From NCBI GenBank assembly GCA_001643675.2, contig LSRY02000005.1, positions 930,001 to 994,000 of the forward strand: a stretch of DNA of 64,000 bases, read 5' to 3'. Position numbers and translations under genes: made by a program. A model generated the notes under the pieces. It ran no database searches, was not told the DNA's origin, and saw nothing but the letters and a program-made list of their open reading frames with translations. Positions 34,709-47,648 of this stretch are shown here, piece after piece (within the stretch, counting starts at the first letter, position 1; every line of letters begins with the position of its first letter). Origin of the DNA: Monocercomonoides exilis PA203. Taxonomy: Eukaryota > Protista > Preaxostyla.

Positions 34709-37700
34709 ATGCTTGCCAATGCTTTCTGTCGTAATCTTTCAAAAAAGGTATTGTTTCAAAAATGGATTTGTTCTTTTCTTAAGAAAATTCTTCGTTTATA
34801 ATAGGTTGTACCTACCAAAAAAGCTAAAAGCGAATCGCTTAATCAGCAGAATAGTTACTATTCTTTCCTAAATTGTACTTTTTATAATTTTAAGAAAGAT
34901 AAAGTTCAGGATCCTTTTGATTGGTCTAATCCAATATCAATGAATAGAGCAAGCAAACTTAACAATAAAAAGGAAGATTTTTCATTTTGTGGCATTGAAG
35001 AATCAAAAACGAAAGGTTTGTGTTTTATGCTTTTTCAAAAAGTTGATTTGATTAAACAACAAATTACATGCCTTTAAGATTCATTTTATAATTCGAAATG
35101 CACAGATGAACGGCCGTTTTTGTTATCATTGGAAAAAAGTTGTGAATTCTCAAAACCAGTAAACCACACAGATGAAATTCAATCGTTAAGTGACAAAACA
35201 GGAATAGCCTCCTCTAAAAGATTATGTTCTCGAAATATCATAACGCAAGAGCCTGTCAGTTCAAAAATTGAAGCCCTTAAATCTGCTTCTAATTTCGCTC
35301 CTCAGATTTCTTTGAATTCTTCTACATCTAAAAAAATGATTTTTTCACAGGAAACTTCTTCAACTCCGTCCAAAACTTCTTCAGATATTTTGTATTCTCA
35401 TTTAATTAAGCCTCATCATTCATCATCGACAATTCGTGATAAATGCATTCAACCGCAATCCAATTTGTTTTCATTGGATCCAATTCTCCGTTCAACTGTG
35501 GCAAGAGTGAATAGTAATTTTCCTTTTGTTTCTTCTTCTCATACTGCAAAGGCAATGAACAGCTTTCTTCACAAGTTCAATGCGCCGAAAGCTGGATCAA
35601 TTGAATCTTCTGCAGCTGTCAGCCACTCGTCACTTGGCGCACATTCAGAAAATGAGGAATTGCAGGCAGAGGAAACAGCCCAAAGCAAATGCGTCCCGAA
35701 CTTCCAGACGAATGAAGATGAATCAAAAAAGCAAGAGATGTTGCTGGCGATGATAACAGAGCTTCGAGTTTCGAGCCAAAGGCGGTTTTTTTCGGATGAT
35801 GTTGATGTGGCAGTTGATGGCGAAGCAAGGTCTGCAATTGTGGAAAGCAGGCGCAATGCAATGCAGAGAGAGTGGAGGAAAGAAGATATACAAAATATTT
35901 ACTGTGGAAAGAATGCAACACCTTTGATTCAAAGAATGAGCATCGAGCAGAATGTGCTAGGAAAAAACAAAATAGCCCATGATGATGTCATTGACAATGG
36001 AAGAGACGCATCTCAAGCAGAAGAAAGTGAAGATTCTACAAATCAAAGAGAAGTTGAAAAAGATGAAGGCCAAGAAAGCATTTGCAACGAAGGATATTTA
36101 TATGATGGTTCCGATGAAAAGATTGGATATCAGGATATTTTGATTGAAGGCAAGCGTCCAATGAAAAAGAGAAGAGAACTGATCAAAAAGCAGATCAGAG
36201 ATGCAAAGCAACACTTCAGAGCATTTGGGGAGTGGGTCAGAAAGGACTGGATGGAGGATTCCGAAGAGATAGACATGTGGAACAAGGCTGAGCAGAAACT
36301 GAACATTGGCAGTCACTCAAAGCCACCCAAAGAGCAAATTGGTGACTATGCTGCTGATTTCACAATTGAAGAACTGAGGGAAATTTTCAAGGAAGCGCAG
36401 GAAGAGAACAGTGGATCAGCAGAGTGCGAAAAATTGGAGAAAACCATACAAAAAATGGAAATGCAGATGAAAAAAGACGAGGAATGGCAGAAGATGACAG
36501 ATGTGGACCGATTCGAGCTCTTTTTCACAAAGAAAGAAGAAAATACAACCAAAAGTCACAAAAAAGAAGCAAGAGAAAAAAAAGAGGATGATGAATTAAG
36601 CCGTAGTCTCTGTAAACAGTCCGTTATTTCATCAAGTCCTGCAACTTTGGAAGGAAAAAATGATCAGAGAGAGAATTTGCGTGGAGACGATTTGATAGAT
36701 AAGAGCCCCTGCACAAGCACTTCGCAAAGTGATAAAGAAGAAGAAGAAGAAGAATTGCTTCAGCAAAAAATTTGTTCTCCCTCATTTTTCAAAGAGACTC
36801 TGTCTGCTTCTGCGTTGAATGGTTTTTCTTCTTCGGATGATTCATACGGAAAAGCGACTGATCCTCAGCTACATTCGCTGAATTCACCATCAAGTGATAT
36901 CCCTCAGAATTCGTTGAGCGTTTCAGATTTACAGACATTTTCACCTCACACAACTGAATCAAAGTGTAGCACTAACAACATAAGAAAAGCATTTCTTATT
37001 CCATCACAGCAATCTGATGCATATCCGTCCAGATTAAATGGAAGCATTGATTTGAAGAAGCATTTGCTCGCATGCCCTTTTCAAAGCACATTTATTCAGA
37101 ACACCAGTTCCTGGAATCGACCTGCGTGCAATTCTCTTTCTGATAAGCCGCTCTTTTTTAACCAAGCAGATGAAAGATTGCATCCTCAGATATTTCATCA
37201 TGATGAAAGATTTTCAACCCCAAAGGCACAGAATCCTCATTCAAACAAGAAATCGGATAAATTGTCTGCTTTTCTTTCAGAGCTAATAAATCCGAGTCAC
37301 CAGAATGAGGAGCACCCATTCGCTACATCTTTTGCTGATACCAAAAAGCACAGCACTTCATTCATCTCGTTTGCAAGTGAAAACGAAACAGCTCAGATTT
37401 CTGGAAATCTTGAAGTCGAGATTTCAATGCCGAAGCCAATCCAAGTGCCATTATCATCATGTATTGGGTCGCAAAATGTGCATCATATGGAGAATGTTGT
37501 GACAGACCAAGCTGAATATCTTACTCGCTTTATCGATCCATTTGTGAATCGAAGGCACCTGAGGAAAATGCAGCGATTGGGCAGGCTGCTGAAGAAGCGT
37601 CTCGCGGATTTGCAGGAGCTCCTCGAAGAAATGAAAGTCGTGCCAGTTTGTGTGGTGCCTTTCAGCTTTAATTCTTTGATGAAGTTTGAGAAAGATGACA

Positions 37701-37789
37701 GTAAAGATGCTAAAAGCAAGAAATATCATATGGAGGAAATAAAGCGGGAAATATTTTCGTTGACTTCTGAAGAGAATGGGAAAAGCTGA
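34709..37789 (+). CDS. Hypothetical Ser/Glu-rich protein (~980 aa) with coiled-coil segments
   Basis: ATG 34709; introns 34748-34804 and 35016-35105 keep the frame into the 889-aa ORF. No recognisable domain. Confidence 0.8.
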
Positions 37790-38294
37790 TTGATGTTAGA
37801 TTTTTTGTTTGTAGAAAAACTAATAGATTTTTGCAATTTCCTTTCGATTTTTATATCTTATCGATTTGTTCATTTCAAATACTTTGTGTTAATAAAATTA
37901 TGCTTTTTTGAGTTCTTCAATAAAAAATTAAATATCTCAAGTGCTTATTTTTTTTTTTTTTTGAAAAAAGAATGATTAATGCTGCTTCAAAGAAAAAATC
38001 TTCATCTGAACGTTAAGTTTCCGAAGTTAAATCATCAAAGTTTCCAATTTTTTGATGAAAAATTTCTTCACAAGATATTGAAATTATATTATGATCCATT
38101 CTTTTCTTTGAGAAAAATAAGAAAAAATGGATGTATTCAGCTTTTGCTCAAATGTGCGATTGGTGGTTTTTCAATCTTCTCTTATCTTTTGGTTGCATTC
38201 AGCAATGAATAGTGTGCAAAAGATATTTCGCTTAATAAATTAAATAGATCCTTGCTTAAATGATGCGTCCTCAATAAAAACTGCATAATCAATC

Positions 38295-40536
38295 TCAAAC
38301 TCCTTCAACACTCATCAATGAGCCTGCTTTCGTGCCAAAATATTCATTTAATATATCTGATGCCTTTGAAGAAATCAGTGGCTGTTTTGATTCGCACAAT
38401 AATTCAACTTCTGCAATTGCCAATGTACTTTGAAGGTGATTTTTGACAATCATTAACTGCTCTGATGAAGATCCAGATTGTGAACTTTCATCTGCAAGCT
38501 TTTCTTCTTCTTGATGGAATAATGATTTGTCATTTTCTAATTTCTGTGGTTTTTCAATCATTTCTGCAAATATATCGCTTTCTGAAAAGCCTTCTTTTTC
38601 TCTTCTTTCATCTTCATCTTTTCTTGACAAGTCTTTCTGCCCTTTTTCACACTCAAATTCACCCAGAATTCCACCAGTCCCTGCAGCCTTCAGAATTGAA
38701 TGCACCAACGTCAGCGAAAAAAACTGACAATACGCATCTGTCTGATTATGCAAAGTGGTAAAAATCAGTTCTCCAATTTTGTGTTCGACGAGTTCGAGAG
38801 CAGCATCGCAACGATTCGAAACAATCAGAGACAGAAAGAGAAATGCTTCTTGGAAAGTGCTTTTGTCATCTGCGCTGTTACGCGGACTTGATGAACTTGC
38901 TGTTTTCTCGCTCAATTCACGAAGAGCCTTCAACACATCGAGATGTAATTTGCGTTCCAGAATCTTGTTTCTGCTTTCAACACTCTCCAAAATCAAATTA
39001 TAAGCAATTCGACTTGACAACTCAACAAACGCAGACGAAAGACTCGAACGTGCGAGCATTGATTTCAAACAGGGCAAAATTCCAGAATCGCTCAGTGTGT
39101 GGCTCAATTCTTCTGAGATAGCACTGACATTTGTTAGAACGTAGGCAGAATGTAATGCAAGTGCTTTGCGGATTCTGGACTCATCTTGGCTGGATGTAGG
39201 CTTTAATCTGTCGAAATTTCAAAAACAGATTTTTCAATATAAAAAAGTTATTTTATAAAAATTTTTCGTTAAAAAAGATTAAAAATATTAAATCTCATTC
39301 AAGCTTAAAAGCACACAAACCCAAATTCTAAATAGTAAATCAAATGAGGAATGTATCCCTCACGAGAAATCATCAAAGCTCCTTCGCTGGACCCAGACAA
39401 ATGTTTTAGTGTTATGAGTGCACAGTTGACAACTGTAGGCTGATTTGAGGTGAATAATGCGAATATGCGAGGAATAATTATCTCCAGTTCCTCTGAAGAC
39501 AATGGCAATTTTGTGTTGTGTGATGCCACCGCCTGCATCAAACGCCCAGCATCCACAAACATCTTTCCTTGTGAAAGAAATGCTTCGCCAACAGTCACGT
39601 TAACATTCTCTCGGACAAGCAGTGTCCCACTTCTGCAAGGAGGGAATGAAGGCTATCATATAACGTATTTTAGACATTAAGTTTAGAAAAAAAAATGATT
39701 TGGTACATGTTGGTTCGTTTCACAATAATTTTCAACAAAATAAAGACAAAATATATACCATAGCAATCAATGGCGACTGAATTGATTTCACGGGAAGATT
39801 CCCTGTTAGAATCCAGCATATTGCATCCCACAATCCGCAATCTACTAACCTTGGATCATGAGAGTCAACATCAAAAAGAATGTTTGCAAGACAATAGAGA
39901 GCATGTTCGCGCAATTCAAGATCAGGCGATCTTAATAACGACAATATATGCTTGTGACCATTTTCTTTCATTATTTTTTCCGTGTTCTCTTCGTGATACT
40001 CAACTATATTCGAAAGAATGTCAAGAACACGAATTTGATTGCATCTAGAACTCGATTCTAACAATAAAATAAGAGGTCTTAGAATTCCGCTATTGAGCAA
40101 TGTTTGCACCGGAGGGTCAAATGAGTTATCGCAAAGCAATTGGACTAAATGTTCAATTGCTGCTGATTGTTTCGAAAGTTCTCCGGAATATAAATCTGAT
40201 ACAAGTGATGAAATATGCGTAATCTTGAAAGACATTAGATAAAAACGAATTCTCTCATTCGCATACAATTTTTTGTGCAGTTTCTGGAAGAGTGCTTAAA
40301 TCATCGACTCTTGGATTATTTCTAATTTTTTCCAAAAATGAATCTCTTTTATGAAATCGCAAATATAATTTTTGATCATTCAATAGAAGCCGTGGATACG
40401 ATTCTCCTTGATCTAAAGTGTAAAATAATCAAAACGAAAAGAAACAAAAATAATCGTAACCATGAGAATATGAATTAATTCTACGAGATGCACGGTACGA
40501 ACAGTCCCATGTTATTGGGATGCTCATTGTTTCCAT
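38295..40536 (-). CDS. Divergent importin-alpha-like armadillo-repeat protein
   Basis: Multi-exon. LYSGELSKQ..DPPVQTLLNSGIL..LLRSPDLELREHALYCLANI aligns to importin-alpha ARM1-3. The ATG 40536 exon is joined via GT-AG introns at about 40413-40460 and 40223-40265. Downstream exon boundaries are approximate. Confidence 0.75.
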
Positions 40537-40618
40537 TCGCTTCGGCAAAGTTTAGACCAAATATTTATAAAATTAACATTATTTCACCCTTTAATTTATT
40601 TTTTTCTTTAACAACATT
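40537..40618. promoter_or_regulatory. Very short divergent intergenic region (probable bidirectional promoter)
   Basis: About 80-90 bp between inferred start codons of head-to-head genes; depends on both 5' gene models. Confidence 0.45.
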
Positions 40619-40625
40619 ATGCAAA

Positions 40626-42363
40626 ATGCTTCTGTTCGATGTGTGGGTAATTTGAAAATACAACCTCACTCGTAGTTTGATTGCTTTTTGTTTTTAATTA
40701 GTAATTTTTGTTAAGTGCTGGGGCAACGCTTTTACCAACCGAGATGTCTCATTTACTTGTTTTTGGGAAAAATTCCACAGAATTGGAGAAAAATTATTTG
40801 GAAATTGTTAAAAAAGGAGACATTTATTCTTCAAAAGAAAATTCATTTCCCAAGATTGCACCATTACCACGATCTGGACATATTTGTACTGAATTTTCTC
40901 AAGATTGCTTTTTCTTTCATGGTGGAACTGATAAGGAAAATGCGTGGAGAGATAGTTGGGTTTTTAACTATCGTTTGCATTTATTTTATTTATGAACGAT
41001 TGTGAATTTTTTAAAAAAAGATTCAAGGGAATGGTTTGAAATTCCGTTAATAGCACCATTAAATTTGCTAGTGACTGCATTTTTACCAATGTCCGGTCAT
41101 TCGTGTTGTGCACTTCGTAACGGAGAATTAATTCTCGTTTTTGGTGGAAGAAAATTAAAGCAGACACCTTCTTCTGTTTCTGCTCGGATTGATCAAATAA
41201 AGACTACTATAACCAATGAAATTTATTCACTTAATACGAAAACAATGGAATGGGGAAGGCCCCTTGTTATAGATAGTATTCCTCCGGAGCGGGAAAATCA
41301 TACATTCACTTCATTCGGGCAAACTCGTGCAATTTTGTTTGGAGGGAAAGGCAAAGATGGATCTGCATTGAATGATATTTGGGCGTATAACTGCAATTTT
41401 GCATCTTGGACGCAGTTGGTACCTCGGACGGTGATCCGATCATCAACAGCATCACCTCCTCCGCCTCCTTCTGCTCCTCGGAGTCCATTCAGATATGGTC
41501 ACTCAGCTTGCATTGTGTATCATTCTCTGTTTGTGTACGGTGGATATGACGAAACGCATACAAAGACAAACACGCTTTATCGTTTTGATCTTGATGCTTT
41601 GTCGTGGACGATCATTTCCATTGAGCCAGATCCCGTCCTGCACTCCCTGCCTCCGCCTTCAGAGGGCGCATCTTTGGCGCTGATGGAGTCTCCATTCCGC
41701 GGGAACGGTAAAAGAAAATTGCACAGTGCAGAAGACGGACAATCCCTGAAAGAAAGTAAGCACTCCACTTCATCGTCTTCTCTTCCTTCGTCTTCTGCTG
41801 ATTCTGCACCGCTTGTCTATCATTCGACAACTGCGCTTCTCTTTGCGAGCCCCGAAAACTCTTCGGTGCCTGCTCAGCTTTTCAGTCTGTCGCTTCCTTT
41901 TCCTGTGCGAACAAATGCGCCTTCATTCAACCTTTTCGAAGAGCCGGAGCAAGTTGTGTGGACGGAGAAGTTCAGCAGTGACGCAATTGGCAAGCCGCTA
42001 GCGTCGATGCTGGCAAAATCGCGGGAGGACCACTCGGCCTCGCAGCTGCTGGCGAGCGATGCGGAGGGAAGGAATCTCTTTGCTGCTGGCGGAGGCGCAG
42101 GAGGATGTGCTACAGGCGGGAAAATGGCTGAATGGGTGCCTGATGAGTCATCGCCGTTCTGCCGGAAATGCCACGTGCGATTCACTGTCACCACACGCAG
42201 GCATCACTGTAGAAACTGCGGTTACGTTTTCTGCAGCGACTGCTGTAGCAAGAGGCTCGACTTTCCTGAGGCGGGAAGGAAAAACGAGAAAGTGTGTGAT
42301 GATTGCTATGATCTTCGAACAAAGGCGTTGCTTACTTCAACGTTACATCCTGTTAAATGTTGA
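40626..42363 (+). CDS. Kelch-repeat protein with C-terminal FYVE zinc finger
   Basis: Kelch blades (PRSGH..FFHGG, GHSC..VFGG, RENHT..LFGG..LNDIW, RYGHSA..VYGG). FYVE WVPD..CxxC..RRHHCRNCG..CxxC..KVCxxC. Intron about 40973-41020. First exon uncertain (ATG 40619 or 40626). Confidence 0.88.
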
Positions 42364-42720
42364 AAGAAAGATCTAATTCAGCTTTTTATGGAATGAATTT
42401 ACTATGATGCACGCAACATCTGGATAATTGCGTGAGTTTTGAAATTTTCTTTCATATTTGTTGAATGGATATTATTTACTTTTTCTTTCAAAATAATTTT
42501 TTTCAATAAAAATTAGAAGCAGATAACTTCAAATTTTATATTTTGTATTCTTCTTCTATTATGACTGTGTATTTGTCGATTTTCATAAAAACTCGTTTTG
42601 AGGCTTCATAAAAACTTTTTTGGAAATTTTGATCATTTATCAGAAGCGGCAATTTATTTTAAAGTTAAAGCGCAAATTCCAAAATTATCTCACATTTAGT
42701 AACTTTATTAAGATAAATCA

Positions 42721-45700
42721 ATGGATTTTCCCCCTCAGCGCGTCTCTTCTACGCAAACATCATCAAATTTTGATTCAACATCAAAAAGTTCCACAGAAAG
42801 ATCAGCGAGTATTGCAGCTCAGAACGAAGTCACGCAAAGCAGCACGATTCAATTTCATTCAGAAAATCCTGGAAAACATGAACGCATACCTCCGTTAAAT
42901 ATTTTTAGATATTCACCTCAACCTGAAGCAATTACCAATTCTGTATTTATTCCACCATCATCCAACTCAACAAACAATTTATATATCGTTGCGCCTACAA
43001 GTGAAACAACCATTAAGAAATCAGATGATACGTTTGAAAAAATGCAAAATGAATTTCAATCAATCTCCATTTCTGATTCAACGAAGAAAGACGCATTAAA
43101 GGCGATAGAAACAGAAACAAAGAATAATTATTTGCCAAATCGTTTGAATTCCAAAATCGAACAGGTTCCTTCAAAGAGTGAAGGATTTTCTTTTTTCGAT
43201 CCAAGAAAAGATTCTGAATGCTTTCAACGAATATCAAATCGAGAAAATGAAAGAGCAGTTTCTGAATCAAATGATAATAAGCAGAAACATTCTTTCTTTT
43301 CAAATGAAAATACGACTTCTTCTCTTCAAAACACGAACATCAACAGTTTTGTATCTTCTGGAATTAATGATACGAATGAGCAAACAGGAGAACAAGAAGA
43401 AGACATTTATTCAAAGCGGTTGATGGAAAGCGAAGAAACTCCGCGAAAGCAGCAAGAGCAGCGCGATTTTGAGTTGGCACTTAAACTGCACCTTGAAGAT
43501 ATCGAAGCATCTGAGGATCCTGTGGAACGCTACGACTCCAACAGTGATGGGCGCTCTAGAAGCGGCATTCGAAGCATTTTTGATGAACGTGATGAACGTA
43601 ATGGCTTTGATGACTTTGATCGCTCTGTTTCAGGATTTTTCACAGAGCCATACGGCAATGAAAATAACTCTAGAAATAGCGTTCCACACATGCGTGATAT
43701 TTCCAATGGACTCCGTTTCGATAGAGCGGCAAGAGCGTTCGAAAACGAGTCAACAACAACAAACGAGCGTGAAACACGTTCTCAACAAAGCTGTCGGTCT
43801 TTTATTGCTCTTCCTCCTCCGATCGATATTCATTCATCTTTTACACAGCGTGAATCGACTCGCACTTCAGTTCCAACGATGATTGGCCAATCATCGCATG
43901 CAAGTCACGAGTTTTCTCCAGCTGTGAACACTTCTGCTCATCCTCTTTCCCGCTATTCTTTTATGCATGCCAGACAACAACTGGGCACACAGCCTAATAG
44001 AACTATGCCTTTGGGCTTAATTCAAAAATACAATAAACCATCTCTCAGTGCGAATTCATCGGCATGTGCAAGCCCAGCATCCCAACCGCAGAATACAGCT
44101 TCTAACACTTATGGATCTCTATTTCCACAAACACCTCCAACCCTGCAACTGCAGGCTTCAATTCATCCTCCTTGTATTCATCCTCCTTGTATTCATCCTC
44201 CACTTCCATCACTTCCTCCTCCTATTGATGTGTCCAGTCGTTCCAGCTCATATTCCATATCGAATCGTTTCACAGTCGGCATCGGACCAGATTTTGCGCT
44301 GCTGCAACCTCAACCTCAGCATCAACCTCAACCTCAACCTCAGCATCAACCTCTACTCCTGCCAACGCCTCAACCCCTACCCCCCCTTACTCTACGCCTG
44401 CCCTTCCCCCAATTTAAACCAAGGAGCATCCAGAGCAGTCAAAGCGAATTTGTTTCTGATACCTTCCAAAGTGAAGAGCTTGCCCGCAATCCCATTTCTG
44501 CACACCCTTCAGCAGAGAACAAGGGAAACACAGAGCTTCTTCGCACCTCACAACTTGATTCAGTTCAGCCAGAATATTCAAACACGAAGAGAGAGCCGAT
44601 GCCCTTTCCTGGCAATCAGGAACCACCGGCATTGCCTCCGAAGATGACTCTGCCAGAAACTCAGGCAACAGCACAGCCGTCTGTTGAAAGCAACTCTCCT
44701 TCTGCTCTTCTCCACCCGCCGTTTGCCCCGAAGGCAGGCCATTCGCCTTCAATTGATGGATCTGAACTTTCTGTCTCGAGTGATTCTTCTATAACTATTT
44801 CAGCCAATTCGTCGTCATCTTCCGATTGCGATTTGTTTTCGCCTGAATTTCCGAGGATGCGCTCTACACATGGTTTAGACTATGAACATATAAACGAGAC
44901 TTCTCCTTGGGTAAGACGTTCTCCGAATCATCAAACAGAAGAAGGAAGAGGAAGAGGAACGGGAAGAGGAAGAGGAAGGGGACAAGGTGGGGAAAGTGAA
45001 AGTGGAAGAGGACGAGGAAGAGGACGAGGAAGAGGACGAGGAAGAGGGAGAGGGAGAGGACAAGGAAGAGGGAGAGGAAGCGAAAGCAGAACTGGGAAAG
45101 GAAATAATCCGTTTAGATGGAGGGCTCCGAATTACATCAAGGAAGGAAGTGGAGAATATGATGCTCAGGAAGAATTTCCCTTTGATAAATATCGCAGAAA
45201 TCAAGAGCGAGTCAGCAAATGGAGCAAAGCAAGAGAAAGAAGGAGCAAATCAGCAGACGGGCAAAGGGAGCACCCACGCCCATCCCAGGCGAAACCGACA
45301 ATTTTTGCACCACCGTTGTATGGAGATTCATCAGCTTCTTCCTCTTCCTCCTCCTCTTCCTCCTCTTCCTCCTCAAATACTTCTTCAAATTCAAATTTTT
45401 TGAACATTGCAGCCGAAAGCGCAACAGATAACAGTAATCGGATAACCGTCGACAGATATCGACCGCACAGACAAGTCAGCAGATCGCCCATTATCAGTCC
45501 CCATCCTGCAATCCATCTGCCTCTTCCGATAAGAATGAACCAGTTACATGAGATCCCTTCCTTGTCTCCACTCATGTCTATCGGTTTCATGGTGAGGCCC
45601 GAGCCAGTTGAAAATAGTGCGGAGCACCCTTCGTATCACGTGAGGGATGATGTTGATATCGATGAAATGACATATGAAGATCTGCTGGAGCTGGAGGATG

Positions 45701-46017
45701 GCGTGGGAGATGTGATGGAGAAAGGGATCAGCGAGAACATGCTTGAACTCCTGCCGAGATGGAATTGGCAGAAAAGAGCTGAGAATGAGACTGCGAATGA
45801 GGAAAAGAAAGGAAAAACGGCAAGTGATGACGAATCAGAAGGTTCTGTGATGACCGAATGCTGCATTTGTAAAATGGAATATGAGCAAGGTGATGAGTTG
45901 ATCACATTGCCGTGTATGCACTTCTATCACAGCGATTGTATTTCGCAATGGCTGAAAATAAAAAATGAATGCGCCATTTGCAAAAAGAGTGTAAGACAAG
46001 ATTCATTTTACTTTTGA
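42721..46017 (+). CDS. 1098-aa RING-H2 E3 ubiquitin ligase (RNF38/BIG BROTHER-like C-terminus)
   Basis: [10 protein letters not shown] motif followed by [24 protein letters not shown]; long disordered N-terminus with Pro/Gln and GR repeats. Confidence 0.9.
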   Translation: MDFPPQRVSSTQTSSNFDSTSKSSTERSASIAAQNEVTQSSTIQFHSENPGKHERIPPLNIFRYSPQPEAITNSVFIPPSSNSTNNLYIVAPTSETTIKKSDDTFEKMQNEFQSISISDSTKKDALKAIETETKNNYLPNRLNSKIEQVPSKSEGFSFFDPRKDSECFQRISNRENERAVSESNDNKQKHSFFSNENTTSSLQNTNINSFVSSGINDTNEQTGEQEEDIYSKRLMESEETPRKQQEQRDFELALKLHLEDIEASEDPVERYDSNSDGRSRSGIRSIFDERDERNGFDDFDRSVSGFFTEPYGNENNSRNSVPHMRDISNGLRFDRAARAFENESTTTNERETRSQQSCRSFIALPPPIDIHSSFTQRESTRTSVPTMIGQSSHASHEFSPAVNTSAHPLSRYSFMHARQQLGTQPNRTMPLGLIQKYNKPSLSANSSACASPASQPQNTASNTYGSLFPQTPPTLQLQASIHPPCIHPPCIHPPLPSLPPPIDVSSRSSSYSISNRFTVGIGPDFALLQPQPQHQPQPQPQHQPLLLPTPQPLPPLTLRLPFPQFKPRSIQSSQSEFVSDTFQSEELARNPISAHPSAENKGNTELLRTSQLDSVQPEYSNTKREPMPFPGNQEPPALPPKMTLPETQATAQPSVESNSPSALLHPPFAPKAGHSPSIDGSELSVSSDSSITISANSSSSSDCDLFSPEFPRMRSTHGLDYEHINETSPWVRRSPNHQTEEGRGRGTGRGRGRGQGGESESGRGRGRGRGRGRGRGRGRGQGRGRGSESRTGKGNNPFRWRAPNYIKEGSGEYDAQEEFPFDKYRRNQERVSKWSKARERRSKSADGQREHPRPSQAKPTIFAPPLYGDSSASSSSSSSSSSSSSNTSSNSNFLNIAAESATDNSNRITVDRYRPHRQVSRSPIISPHPAIHLPLPIRMNQLHEIPSLSPLMSIGFMVRPEPVENSAEHPSYHVRDDVDIDEMTYEDLLELEDGVGDVMEKGISENMLELLPRWNWQKRAENETANEEKKGKTASDDESEGSVMTECCICKMEYEQGDELITLPCMHFYHSDCISQWLKIKNECAICKKSVRQDSFYF

Positions 46018-46369
46018 GATTTCTTGTTTTTCATTTTTGTAACTCTTTATTATGTATATTCATTCCTATGATAATCATTCGTTTATTTATTTTTTTATTT
46101 ATTTATTTTTGCATATATTTGTGGAAACTTTTCTACTTTTTTTTCCCTTTGAGAGCTAACAAAAAATGAAATGCTAATTTAAATTAAGATCTGTTACTTT
46201 GATAAATATTAAATTATAAAATTTGATTTTAATTTTTGAACTGCTGCCATAAAAATAAAACAGCAACAGCAAATCATATTTGAAACTCCTTTGAATCCAG
46301 ATAAATATTTGTAACTATAAACAGATAACTCTTTCTCCTCAATACTCGAAAACACAATAATATAAAAAC

Positions 46370-47469
46370 TTATGGAACAATGTGAGTTCCTTTCTTTCCC
46401 TCCAAAGCTTCAATTGCTTCGTCCAATGAAGCAATGATAGCTCTCTTCTTTGTGAATTCAACATGTCTCATGCATGCTCTAACTTTAGGACCCATTGATC
46501 CAGCTGAGAAGTGTCCTTCATCGAAATATTTCTTCATTTCATCCAAATGAACTTCACCAATCAATTTTTTCGCTTCTGGTTTTCCATAGTTCAACACGGC
46601 ACTATCAACATCAGTGAGAATCATGAAAATATCAGCTTCTACAGCACGTGCAAGGCAAGCACCCGCGAGATCTTTATCGATAACAGCTTCAACACCTTCC
46701 AATCCATCTTCTGTCTCAACAACAGGGATCCCTCCTCCTCCGCTTGCAATAACAACAACACCAGCCTTCACCAAAACTGCTGCGGTTTCAGCTTCCTGGT
46801 TCCTCAGAGGATCGGGGCATGGAACAACACGTCTCCATCCTTTCACTTCTGTTGGCTTAACGTGTTTAACAATCCATCCCTTAATGAAGATAACATTTTT
46901 AATTTTTCAGAATTATGATCAACATTTTAAATTAATGTGCAAACTTTCTCTGCTTTCATTTTCATTGCCTCTTCTTCTGTCATGAAGTTTCCAACGGGCT
47001 TCGATGCATTCTCTCCGATGAATTCTTTGTCATCGCGAGAAACAATTGTTTGATTAATCATGCAAACAACTGGCTTGTGGATCCCTTCAGCTTTGAAAGC
47101 TGCTTGAAGTCTATTTTGAAACATATACCCGATTTGTCCTTGGGTCATTGCACCAACAATATCGAGTGGTTGTGGAGGAATGACCGCTTTTGCGAGATCT
47201 TGTTGAAGAGCAAGATTTCCAGATTGCGGTCCGTTTCCGTGAGTGATCACAACCTCCAAAGATGGATCTGATTTCATGAGTTTTGCAATCTGTCTCGATG
47301 TCACATCACAGTTGTGCATTTGTTCTTCTTTGGTTCCACTTTCATGAGCTTGTTTAATAGCATTTCCACCAAGAGCAATTAAAATTCTCTATGTAATGAA
47401 ACGATGTAAAAAATAATATAAAAAACAATCAAATTTTGGTTTTTCATCAAATCATCGTCAAACCACCAT
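46370..47469 (-). CDS. arcC: Carbamate kinase (arginine deiminase pathway), ~319 aa
   Basis: Exons 47469-47464 (MV), 47388-46945 and 46879-46370. Motifs [56 protein letters not shown]. Confidence 0.97.
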
Positions 47470-47648
47470 CTTTGTGTTTAAAACAAATTTGTTGATCTCA
47501 AACCTTAATGCGTAACAATTGAATTGTGTTGTTAACAAAATTAAAAATTTAGCTGTTGTTTCTATAAAAAAGTATTACGCAAAATAATGTGTATTTGAAT
47601 GAAAATTCTTTTTATTAGGGGAATCCTAGATCTGAAAAAGCGATTTTT

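Noticed and set aside
46370-47469. Bacterial contamination or an arc operon
   Set aside because: Two spliceosomal introns, eukaryotic neighbours and no arcA, arcB or arcD nearby.
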